Shown here piece after piece: positions 1 through 12,400 of a stretch of DNA of 64,000 nucleotides; positions within the stretch are counted from its first letter, which is position 1, and every line of letters starts with the position of its first letter. Both the position numbers and the translations under genes were made by a program. The stretch comes from Mobula hypostoma (lineage: Eukaryota). The notes beneath the pieces are model-generated. The model did not search any database. It was not told where the DNA came from and was given only the letters and a program-made list of their open reading frames with translations. Where the stretch lies: the NCBI RefSeq assembly GCF_963921235.1, contig NC_086109.1, positions 11,594,001-11,658,000 of the forward strand, written 5' to 3'.

Positions 1-45
1 CCTCCACCAGCGTCGCCGGCAGCCCCCATTCCATACACTTTTTAG

Positions 46-1830
46 ACCAAAAGACCATAAGATATAGGAGCAGAAGTAGACCATTCGGCACATCGAGTCT
101 GCTCCACCATTCAATCATGGGCTTATCCAGTTTTTACAGTCATCCCCAGTCCCCTGCTTTCAGCCCATACCAGTTGATGCCCTGGCTAATCAAGAACCTA
201 TCTATCTCTGCCTTAAACATATCCAATGACTTGACCTCCACAGCCTCTCGTCGCAACACATTCCACAGATTTACCACCCTCTGACTCAAGTAATTTCTCT
301 GCATATCTGTTCTAAATGGATGCCTTTCAATCCTGAAGTTGTGCCCTCTTGTCCTAGAATCCCCTACCGTGGGAAATAATTTTGCCTTATCTAATCTGTT
401 CAAGCTTTTCAACAATCTGAATGTTTCTGAGAACCCCCCCCCCGACCCAATTCTCCTGAACTCCAGGGAATACAGCCCAAGAGCTGACAGACATTCGTCA
501 TATGGTAACCCTTTCATTCCTGGAATCATTCTCGTGAATCTTCTCTGAACCCTCTCCAATGTCAGTATATCCTTTCTAAAATAAGGAGCCCAAAATTGCA
601 CACAATACTGTAAGTGTGGTCTCACGAGTGCCTTATAGAGCCTCAACATCATATCCCTGCTCTTATATTCTATACTTCTGGAAATGAATGCCCACATTGC
701 ATTTGCCTTCTTCACAACCAACTCAACCTGGAGGTTAACCTTTAGGGTATCTTGCATAAGGACTCCCAAGTCCATTTGCATCTCTGCATTTTGAATTTTC
801 TCTTATCTAAATAATAGTCTGCCCATTTATTTCTTCCACCAAAGTGCATGACTATACACTTTCCAACATTGTATTTCATTTGCCACTTCTTTGCCCATTC
901 CCTTAAACTATCTAAGTCTCTCTGCAGGATCTCTGTTTCCTCAACATTACCTGCTCCTCCTCCTGTCTTTGTATCATCGGCAAAGTTAGTCACCAATCCA
1001 TATACCGTAGTCCAAATCATTGACATACATTGTAAAAAGCAGCGGTCCTAACACCGACCCCTGTGGAACCGCAGGCAATCGGTAGCCAGCTAGAATAGGA
1101 TCCCTTTAATCCCACTCTCTGTTTTCTGCTGACCAGCCAATGCTCCACCCATGCTAGAAACTCCCTTGTAATTCCATGGGCTTTCATCTTGCTAAGCAGC
1201 CTCATGAGTGGCACCTTGTCAAAGGCCTTCTGAAAATCAAAGATTTTCCATGTCTACTGCATCTCCTTTGTCTAATCTGCTTGTAATTTCCTTAAAGAAT
1301 TGCAGTAGGCTTGTCAGGAAGGATTTTCCTTTCAGGAAGCCATGCTGGCTTTGGCCTATCTTGTCATGTGTCTCCAGGTACACCGTAATCTCATCCCTAA
1401 CAATTGATTCCAACAACTTTCTAACTACTGATGTCAGGCTAACAGCTCTATAGTTTCCTTTCTGCTGCCTCTCACCCTTCTTAAATAGTAGAGTAACATT
1501 TGCAATTTCCCAGTCATCCGGTACAATGCCAGAATCTATCGATTCTTGAAAGATCATTGTTAATGCCTCCCCAATCTCTCCAGCTACTTCCTTCAGAATC
1601 CGAGGGTGCATTCCATCAGGTTGAGGAGATTTATCCACTCTCAGACCATAAAGTTTCCTGAGCACCTTCTCAGTCGTAATTTTCACCGCACAAACTTCAC
1701 TTCCCTGACACTCACGAATGTCCAGTATACTGCAGATGTCTTCCACTGTGAAGACTGATGCAAAATACACATTCAATTCCTCTGCCATCTCTGCATCTCT
1801 CATTACAATATCTCCAGCGTCATTTTTGAG
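46..1830 (-). mobile_element. CR1-clade LINE, 5'-truncated, frameshifted ORF2 (RT and C-terminus)
   Basis: ORFs 1237-1803, 742-1026 and 140-781 carry DKSP.PDG.HPR.LKE, FADDTK and LVRPHL.YCVQFW.P; CR1-type 3' tail near 50-80. Confidence 0.92.
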
Positions 1831-1834
1831 GTAT

Positions 1835-2480
1835 TACTTTTTCAAGGTGCCCTCAATGCTGGGGAGGGCCATGATGGAGATGGCTGAATTTGCAACTTCC
1901 TGCAGCTTTTTTCTGATCCTGTATAATGAACCCTCCATACAAGATGGTGATGCAAATAATCGCTTTGGTAACCTAACAAGTCTCCTCCAAGTCCTAATGA
2001 TATATTGCTGCCATCATCCCTTCCTTGTAAATGCATGAATGTGTTGGGCCCAGGGTAGAGCTTCAGAGATGTTGATGCCCAGGAACTTGAATCTGTTCAT
2101 TCTTTCCACTGCTGATCCGTTGATAAAGACGGGTGTGTGTTTCTTCAACTTTTCCTTCCTGAAGACCACAATCAATTCCTTGGTCTTACTGACATTGTGT
2201 GCAAGATTGTTGTTTCGACAACACACATTCAGTTGATCTATCTCGCTCCTCTATGTCTCATCATCACTGTCTGAAATTTCACCGACAATGTATGTGTCAT
2301 TGGCAAGTTTATAGATGGCATTTGATCTCTGCCCAGCGGCACAGTCATGGGTGAAGAGAGAGTAGAGCAGTGGGTTAAGTACGTATTCTTGTGGTGTACC
2401 AGAGTTGATTGTGAACAAAGAGGAGATGATGTTTTTGATATAAACATAGAGCAGGCCCTTTGTCTCATGACCTTTTAACC
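1835..2480 (-). mobile_element. Rex1/Babar LINE fragment
   Basis: [18 protein letters not shown]...VER...FKFLG. Confidence 0.65.
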
Positions 2481-3234
2481 TAGGAAGATTAATCTAATCT
2501 TTCCCCTCTACATAGCCCTCCGTTTTCCTGGCATCCATATTCAGAGTTTCTTAAATGTCCCTAATGTATCTGCCTCTATAATCATCCCTGGCAGGCATTC
2601 CACGCACCCACCAATCTCTGTGCAAAGAGCTTACCTGTGACATTTACTGCACACACACAAAATGCTGGAGGAACTCAGCAGACCAGGCAGCATCTATGGA
2701 AAAAAGTAATCAACTTTTTGGGCTGAGAGCCTAGTTGTGTTTCTAACTCAGAAGGACATCACAGTAGTACTTGGAGAGGATATTCCTGATGGATCATCCA
2801 GTGAGGCAGTGTGGATGGAATTCAGAAATAAGAAGGGAATGATCAGTTTGAAGGAATGTTATCATAGCCTCAATAGTCAGCAGGAATTACAGGAGCAAAT
2901 ATGTTGGCAATCACAGGTAGCTGTAAGAGCACAAACAATTTTAAATTTCCTAATATTGACTGGGACTGCCATGCTGCTAAGGACTAGCATGGGGCAGAAT
3001 TTTCTAGGAAATCAGTAGCACGAGAGATGCTTTCACTGGAATACACACAAAATGATGAAAGAACCCTGCAGTTCAGGCAGCGCCAAGGAAGTTAATAAGC
3101 AGTCAATGTTTCAGGCTGAAACCCTTCATCAGGCCTTGGCCTGAAATGTTGACAATTTCTTCATTTTCATAGATGCTGCCTGAACTGCTGATTTCCCCCA
3201 GCATTTTGTGTTTATTGTCCAGGAATGTTTTCTC

Positions 3235-3845
3235 AAGAAATATGTAGATTGCCCTACTGGAGAGGGGGCAACAGTTGACCAACACCAATGCCCTTGAACA
3301 GAAAGTCCTACAAAAGGTAGTCGATATGGCCTCGTCCTTCATGAGTAAAGGACCATTGAGCACATCCACATAAAACCCTGTTGCAGCAAAGCAGCATTTA
3401 TCATCAGGGACCCCTACCATCTCAGACATGCAGTCTTCTTGCTGCTGCCATCAGGAAGAAGGTACAAGAGCCTTAGGAATCACACCATCAGGTTCAGGAA
3501 CAGTAACTATCCCTCAACTATCAGGCTCTTGAATCAAATTGGATAACTTCACTCAACTTCAATTCCCCATCATTGCAATGTTCCGCCAACCACTGGACTC
3601 ACTTTCAAGGACACTTCATCTCACGTTCTTGATATTTATTTCTCATTATTTCATCTTTTTGTATTTGCACAGTTTATTGTCTTCAGCACTCTGTTTGAAC
3701 ACCCAGGTAGGGTGGTCTTTCATTGATTGTGATCTGTATGTTATTCCAGAGGTTTATTGAGTATGCCGACAAAGAAATTAATCTCAGGGTTGTATCTGGT
3801 GACATACATGTCCTTCGATAATAAAATTTAATTTGAACATTGAAA
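3235..3845 (+). mobile_element. Rex1/Babar-type 3' fragment
   Basis: Degraded HP.H..F.LLPSGRRY region and ataaaatttaatttgaacattga tail. Confidence 0.55.
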
Positions 3846-4192
3846 TGTGGTGGGAGAAGTTACTGAATTGTAGCAGGGGGAGCATTTGGGACCAGTGACC
3901 GTTTTTCCATGAGCATTAAAATAGTTATAGAAAAATATATGTTTGCTCCTCAGTTGAAGTCCTAATTTGGGGCAATGCTAATTCCAAATGGTATTAGATA
4001 GGAATTTGGAAATATTGACTGGGAGAGGCTGCCTACAGGTAGAGAGATGGCTGGCAATTGGGAGGACTTTAAAAGTGAATTAGGGAGAATTCAGGGCCAA
4101 CGTATTCCAGTTAGAGAGAAGGGCAAAGCTGGCAGGATTAGGTGGACAAGGGGCATTGAGGCTCTGATTAGGAAGAAATTGAGTCATATTTA

Positions 4193-4806
4193 TATAACGC
4201 TCAGTTATGTTGGTTTGTATATGTCTCGGGGAAATCCCACCCAGCACCTGTCTTAAAGCTTCCCACAGAGTTGGTTGCCGCCCGAAACAATCCCAAACAT
4301 CAATCATCAGCCAGCACACCCAGTACGTTTTACCAAGTACACTTTATAGATATTACTAATTCTATGACATTAATATAAATTCGATACAGAAAAGGAAGTA
4401 ATGAAAATAAAGGTGCCAAGACTTATCAAAGTCCAAGTTCTTCATGTGCAACCGTTGGAGCTCAATTGATTCCTGACGACCACCCGAATCCTGTCGACTC
4501 ATGGCTCGGGACCACCTGAAGTGATCGACTGGAGCCTTTCCGCACGTCCGCCGTCCTCCTCGTCTCTCCTCTGACTCCCCCCAAAAACCCCATCCCCAGT
4601 CATATGAGACAGCATTATCACCCGAAAACAAAATGATACATGACCACCCATTGGCTAATAGCACCCTGCTATCTGTATTAACTCAAGCAACTGTCTAGCT
4701 AGAGACTTTCTCAGCATTTAACATAGCAGAGAAGCATCCCCCAGTATAACATAACAAAGAAGCCACTTTAAATTTAACATACAAAGAAAAAGAAAGACCC
4801 CGTACA
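4193..4806 (-). mobile_element. Solo LTR (Gypsy-type)
   Basis: Starts TGTACGGGG and ends GCGTTATA (CA>TA); 4-bp TSD TTTA on both sides. Shares gagctccaacggtt..actttgataag with the 19992-20708 LTR. Confidence 0.78.
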
Positions 4807-6283
4807 TTTAAATTATAGACATTTGTGGAGGGGAGGGATCGTGGGGAGCGTTGCGTTCAGATCTTATGGTCACTCATCTTTGGGATGTCTGCCTGTGAGT
4901 GGGCATTGGGGAGAAGGCAGGTGTGTCTTTCCTTTTTGTTGAAACTTTAGCCTCCCCAGTACTTCTTCCATTAATTGGAATTAATTGCTGTTGACGTCAC
5001 TGGTCACTCCGTGTCAAGAATTGTCACTGTCCTGGGAATTCCCAGCCACAAAAGGCTTGATAAATGGGAACCCTGCATCAGCATCATGTGCGATTGACCA
5101 ATTTCCATTCAAGTACATGGTGTTCCCTACAATATTGTGCTGTTGGCAACAAGAACAGACTCCCTAAGGTATTGACTCTGTGTTCTTGAATGTAGAGTCA
5201 TAGAGCGCTACAGCACAAACCCATTCTGAACTATTTTGCTGCTGCGACCCCTTCCCACCATTTACCTATCCTAATATCTCAGAAAAGTTGAAAACAAAAC
5301 CAACATCCATCTGTTCTGCTGGCAGCTTCTTCCACACTCTAACCAACCTCTGAGTGAAGAACTTCCCCCTCATCTTTCTCTTAAACATTTCACCTTTCAC
5401 CTTTAATCATGACCTCTAGTTCTTGTCCCACCCAACCTCACTGGAAAGAGCCTGCTTGTATTTACACTTATCATTTTGTATACCTCATTCAAATCTCCCC
5501 TTAATCTCAAATGGTCCAGGGAACAAAGTCCGAAGCTGTTCAACGTTTCCTCATAACTCTGGTTGTCAAGTCCCAGCAACGTCCTTGTAAATTTTCTCTT
5601 CTGTCTTGCAATCTTATTAAAGGTCAAAGTACATTTATTATCAATGTATGTATGCAGTACACAACCCTGAAATTCGTCTTCCCCACAGACTATCACAGAA
5701 CAAAACTACAGAACCAACCCTTTGAAAATGAATCAAAGCCCCCCCCTCACGCGCATAAAAAGCACGCAAGCACTAACAAGAAAAACCGAGCAAAAGCAGG
5801 GAATATAAAGACACAAATTCAAGAGGCATATTTCAGTACAGTTTAGCTCAGTGTTCCATTATCTGCAGGCCACCCTGATTCAAAAATGTCCCAAAAGCAG
5901 TAACAAAAAACACGACCAGAACTAGAACATATCATAAACCTGAGAGTCCAAATCTACAGATTTTCCTGTAGATATATTTCCTGGAGTTAGATGACTAGAA
6001 CATCTCTGATCTTAATTCTTCTTTCTCTGGTGGCCATATCTTCATCAGTCCAGGCTCTGAGTTCTGGATTCAAACCTGAAGTCTCTCAGTCCCTGTTGAT
6101 GATGCTCATTTAATCCCAGCTCGTTGACTGAGCGCTGGGTCATGTGTGCTTATAACAGGTCTTGTGATTCAGTGGCAAATTCTGACGACACTGCTATGGA
6201 GCACCTCGGGACTTGTCTACCATATTCCTGTTGTTGCATTATTACAAAGGATTGGTCAATAGCGTTTACAAAGTTCAGTCATC

Positions 6284-6289
6284 TTTATT
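6284..6289 (-). terminator. Candidate polyadenylation signal (AATAAA) of gene A
   Basis: Plus-strand tttatt at 6284-6289, downstream of the gene A stop. The surrounding 3'UTR (about 6190-6395) aligns with 42620-42840 of gene B. Confidence 0.5.
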
Positions 6290-6417
6290 CAATCTGGATT
6301 ATTTTGACCAGTATTGTTTGTGCAAAATTTTACACAATCTTTCATTTGGTAAAAAATAAAACATTTCACATCACTGAGAGCAACTTGTGAGTTCAGGTCA
6401 AAATACTACCGGTCCTT

Positions 6418-6499
6418 TCAGCGAATCTCTGGTCTGGAAACTGGGCTGATTTGTCTTAGTCGTAGGTTCTGCTTTTCATGGACTTTCTCATTTACTTGT
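6418..6499 (-). CDS. Gene A cytoplasmic/terminal exon ([26 protein letters not shown])
   Basis: Acceptor ctttctgtttttctag|A in phase 2, TGA at 6418-6420, AATAAA about 130 nt downstream. Confidence 0.78.
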
Positions 6500-9400
6500 C
6501 TAGAAAAACAGAAAGTCACTGATTAAGAGGTGAGAATTGCAATATGATTGATGATATTTCTCATCAAGGGACACTGTTGATAGTCTCCAGGTGGAGTGTC
6601 AGGGGTGGATGGATTTATGTGGTGGTGGGTGTGGATGGTGTGTTGGTAGGCTGGTGTGCGAGTCTGTTAAACTGTGGGGCTTCCTTGGGGCTGTAGTGCG
6701 TGGAGTGTGGATGTTGGATGATGTGCAGGCTGGTGGGTCCAAAGGGAGAAGACTGAGCTGTTTGCTGCAGGATTTGTGAGTGAAGTGCCATAAAGTTGTT
6801 TGGGGAGTGGGTGTGGAGCGGGAGCTGTCTAATAACATTCCAGAAGGGTATGGTGAAATTAGATTGGAGATAAATGGAAGCGTAGTGTCAGGGCATGCAT
6901 GTGATGAGATTTGTATGTCTCCAAATGGTGACCACCCTCTCTAGCCCTGAAAAGCTAAACATGAGTGTGCAGTGCTATTTCATCAGAAGAATAATTTTTA
7001 TAGATTGAGTTTGAGAATCTGGCTCAAGGACTGAAGGCCCTGAGGTGGCCTGGCCTGGATTGTCTATGTGTGTGGGGTGGGGTGGTGAGTTAGTGTATGG
7101 AAGGGATGGGAAAGGGACTAGTTTTGCTGTTATTGATTTGTTTTGTTGTTGTTGTTCCGGTTGTTGCTTACATTGTTCTGCGGAGAAATGTGGAATGCTA
7201 TTTTGTTACCATAATGTGTGGTGACACTTGTGAATGTCCTTGGGTGTGCTGGTTGTTAATAGAAATGATGCATTTCATTGTATGTTGCAATGTACATGTG
7301 AATCTGAATTCAAATACAGTTATTAGCCTTCATTTCAATATTATTCTTCTCATATGGTCTGTACACATTTTGTTCAGGTGTATAACCATTTGTGTGTCGC
7401 CGCTGCTGTTTCACTCCAAGGATAATGGTTAGTAGATACAATCACAAAAATTGCATGCCAATATCTTTATTTTGTTAGTAAGTCAAAGAGATTCAATATT
7501 TCAAGGAGCTCTCTAACAAGCTTCTAAATATGTACTTTTGAAAGTATCTTGACTTGTTACATTGTGGTCTGGTAATTGCAGAAAAATAAGTAGCTGAAGA
7601 GGGTAGTGGACTTTGCCTATTACATCATGGGAACGTCCTTCCCCACCACTGGGCATATCTACAGGTGCCGGAGCCTTGTGAAGGCAACAACCATCATGCA
7701 AGATCCATCATTTGGACTATGCATTTGTCACAGCTACCATCAGACAGGAGGTACAGAAGCCTGAAGTTTGGCATCACCAGGTTCAAGGTTCAACCATTTG
7801 GTTCTTGAAGGAACTGCAGAACCGTAATCTCTCTCTCAGTATTCATTTATTTAGAGATACAGCGTGGAACAGGCTCTTCTGGCCCTGTGAGTTGTGCCGG
7901 TCAGTAAACCACCTCTTTAACCCCAGGCTTATCATAGAGCGACTTACATAGACTAATTAACCTACGAACTGCTGTGTCTGAGGAAATCACAGCACTCAAG
8001 GAAACCCACGTGCACTCGGGAAAGACCTACAGGTTTCCTTAATGAGGATACAGGAATTGAATTCTGAGCTCTGCCGCCCCCAGCTGTAATAGCATCACGC
8101 TAACTGCTACAATAACGTGGCAGTCTGTAATCAGAATCAGGTTTAATATCTCTGGCCTATATCGTAAAATTTGCTGTTTTTGCAGCGGCAGGACATTGCA
8201 ATATATAAGAATAAAAAACTGGATTGCAGTAAGTATATATATGTAAAACAGTGAAATTAAATAAGTAGTGCTGAAAAAAGCAGTAAGGTAAGTTTATGGG
8301 TTCAATTTTGATTCAGAAATCAGATGGCAGAGGGGAAGAATTGTTCCTCTATTGGTGAGTGTGTGCCTTCAGGATCCTGTGTCTCTTGTAGAAGAGGTCG
8401 CGTGCGAGGTGATGGGAGCCCTTAATAATGGATACCACTTTTTGAGGCATTGCTGTATGGCAACTATATGATCACTTTCACATCTTTGCAATAATTGATT
8501 TTTTTTGTCTAATTGAGTTCTTCCTTTTATATTTTTATATAATTCATGTTTTAATGTTGTGCACCTGATACTCTGTCTGCGTTGCTGCTGCATGTTCTTC
8601 GTTGAACTTGTGCACGCACGTATCTATGCAAATGACAATAAGTTCAACTTTGACATAATGTGCAGGTTATAATCTGTTCTGTGTGAAGCAGTTATCTCAG
8701 GGAATTCACAGCAACTCTTCAGATTCTGCCTTTGATTGCATTTAATGTTAACATGGAAGTGAAGAGATTGGAAACAATATACCTTTGAACAGCTGTCATG
8801 CAAAGTATTGAAACGGTGCAAAGAACCAGAACTCCAAAGACTATCCAGCGGGTCAGAGCCCAAAAGTGGTGAATTTTCCGCTGTGTTCCTGATGGACCAA
8901 GAAAATATAATTATTGCTCACAGAGTAATCAGTAACCGAAACAGTGTAGGGAAAGTTTGAAAATGTTAGGACTTTATTCCCTGGTGCATTGAGAAATGAA
9001 GCGAGACTTGATCGAGGTTTACAAAATTATGAGGGGTTTAGACAGGGTAAATGCTAGCAAGCTATTTTCCACAGAAGTTGGGTGAGACTAGAACTTGAGG
9101 TCATGGGTTAGGTGTGAACAGTGAAATGTTTAAGGGGAATATGAGGGTGAACTTCTTCAATCAGAGGTTGGTGAGAGTAGAATTTGCAGCCAGCTGAAGT
9201 GGAGGATATAGAATTGTTCTGGTGGATGGAGTCAGAGGGATGAATTGGAGGGTTGTTTTTCAGTACTGAGCCCTGTACTGCAGGAACTGGTGCCAAGTAC
9301 CCACTTGTTTGTCGTCCATATTAACCATTTGAATGAGCGAGTAGTTGGCATGACTCATATAGTTTCCGGGCAGATGACACCAAAATTGGTGTTTAGTGGA

Positions 9401-12400
9401 CAATAAAGAAGTTTTCTTTGATTATAACAGGATCGTTATTTATTTGGAGAGCGGGGCAAAGTATAGCAGATAGAATTTAAGTAGGATAAGTGTGAAGTGT
9501 TACATTTTGGGAAGGTAAACCAAGGCAGGACTTACACAGTAAATGGCAGGTCCCTGTAGAAGGTTGTAAAAAAGTTAGTCCTGATGGGAGCCAAACAGTC
9601 TGTCAGCAGGGTAGGTAGGATCCCTCATGATATTGTTTGTCTTTTCCCGACACTTTTCAAGGACACGCAGTATATACAGAAAGGTACTGGTAAAAGGCCA
9701 GCAATATTATGAAGGATTACAGCCATCCTGTCCATCTCTTTGTCTCACTCACATTAAGATAGAGACTATACAATATCCACACCAGCACCACTGGACTGAA
9801 GACCAGTTACTTCTCCCAAAACAATAGACTGATTAACACCTTCATGTTCCTTCCTCATTCCCTCTCCCTTTGTTCACCTTTCCCTCTCCCTCTGCCCATC
9901 ACTCACTTATACACTTATCCACCTGGGTTTCCTCTCCTTTGGCCTTACCCTTTCTATTCCTTTCCTCCCTACCTGGTTTTATCTGGTTATCATACTTTCA
10001 TCAAGTTCCACTTATCACCCTCCAGCCTTTGACCTCACCTTCACCCTCCCCTCCCCCACTTGACTCCACCTGACCTTTTTTTAGGTCCTTATCTCTTCTC
10101 CCCGATCACCCAGCAGCCTCTTGTGTCTGAACTTCCCTGTCCCCCACCCTTACCTGCCCATTAACCCCACATCATCTGGTCACACCTATCACCTATCTGT
10201 CCCTACCACTTTCCTCCCTGTCACCTATTTATACTGACGGTCTGCTCTTTACCCTCTCACCCCGATGCAGGGGTTTGGCTACTTGGCATATTGTGCTCCT
10301 CCAGGGGTTTGATATTTTTTAATTCAGATTCCAGCATCTGCAGTCTTTTGTGCTCCCCTCTCACAATTTATGTTGATCACCCCCAGAAAAAATCTTACAT
10401 ATTTTAATAAGGTCATCTTGCATCCTTCTAAAAGTAGACTGCACACTCATTGGAGTATGCATCAAAGTCTAGTGTTGCAAAACTTTTAACTTTGTTGGAC
10501 AATCCCTCCAGGCCTCCAGGATCCCTCCAGGAACATCCCAGAGATCCTTCTCTGAACTGCCTTCATGAAATCTTTTCTTAAATAGGAAGATCAAAATTAT
10601 TCACGATAGTCTAATTGAGGTCTCACTAGCAACCAGAAGACTTCCCTGCCATGATACTCCAACCCTGGTGAAGAAAGGGCCAACGGTCCATTAGCCTTCC
10701 CGACCTAACTCACTATGTGCTGGCTTTCTGTGCACAAGGATACCCAAACCTTTTAACACTGCAACTTTCTGCAGTTTCTTCTCTACTCAAATAGATTTAA
10801 TGTTCTTTTGCTCATCTTTCCAAAGTATCAACTTCACATCTTCGTCCACTCGTTTAATCTTTCAGAATCTCTGTGAATTATTACCCACCTCACAGCTTGC
10901 TTTCCTGCCTATCTTTGCATTGAGTCATAGTGAAGTAGAAAAGTACAGGAGAGAAACAGGCCCTTTGGCCAATCCAGTCCATGCCAAACCATTTAAACTG
11001 ACTACTCCCATTGGCCTGCATCTGGGTCATAGCCCGCCATACCCCTCCCATCCACGTAGCTATCTGCACTTCTCTTAAACATTGAAATTGAGCTCGCACA
11101 CATCACTTACACTGGTAGCTCATTCCACACACTCACAACACTCTGAGTGAAGATGTTTCCTCTCATGTTCCCCTTAAACATTTCACCTTTCACCCTTAAC
11201 TCATGATCTCTAGTTGCAGTTGCACCCAACTTCAATGGAAAAAAAAACCTACTTGCATTTATCCTATCTATACACCACATACTTTCCAAGAAATAAAGTC
11301 CTAACCTATTCAATCTTTCCCTATAACTCAGGTCTTCCTGTCCTGGCAACATCCTTGAATTTTTTTTTCTGTACTCTTTCAACCTTAATGACACCTTTTC
11401 TGTAGGTAGGTGACCAAAACATTGCCTGCAGGGGTGACCGTATATTGGAATTGAATTGATTTATTGCTTACATCCTTCATATACATGAGGAGTAAAAATC
11501 TTTACGTTATGTCTCTGTCTAAATGTGCAATGCGTAATTTATAGTATGTAGAACAGGACAGTCGATCTAGCATAGAAATACAATTGTATCAGCCTGAATT
11601 ATTCAGTCTGATGGTCTGGTGGAAGAAACTGTGTCAGAGCCTGTTGGTTCTGGCTTTAGTGCTGCGGTACCATTTTCCCGATGATAGCAGCTGGAACAGT
11701 TTGTGGTTGGCGTACTTAATGATCCTTCGGGCCCTTTTTACGCACCTGTCTTTGTAAAGATCCTGAATAGTGGGAAGTTCACATTTACAGGTGCGTTGGG
11801 CTGTCCTGCAATTGAGGGAAGTACAGCTCCCATATCAAGCACTGATGCAGTCAGTCAGGATGCTCTCAGCTGTGCCCCTGTAGAAACTCCTTAGGATTTG
11901 GGGACTCATACCAAACTTCTTTAACTGTCTGAGGTGAAAGAGGCTTTTTTCACCACATAGCCGGTATGTGCACGGAAAGTGAGATCCTCAGTGATGTGTA
12001 TACCGAGGAACTTAAAGCTGTTCACCCACTCAACCAGAGATCCATTGATGTCAATAGGGGTTAGCCTGTCTCCATTCCTCCTGTCGTCCACAACCAGCTC
12101 CTTTGTTATTGTAACATTGAGGGAGAGGTTGTTCTCTTGACACCACTGTGTCAGGGTGATGACTTCTTCTCTGTAGGCTGTCTCATTATTATTTGAGATA
12201 AGGCCAATCAATGTAGTATCATCAGCAAATTTAATTAGCATATTGGAGCTGTGGGTGGCGACACAGTCATGGTATACATAGAGTAAAGGAGCGGCTTAGG
12301 ATACAGCCCTGAGGGGCTCTTGTGTTGAGGGTCAGAGGGGCAGAGGTGACAGGAGGTCCAGGATCCAGCTGTACAAGGCAGTGTGAAGGCCGAGGTCTCT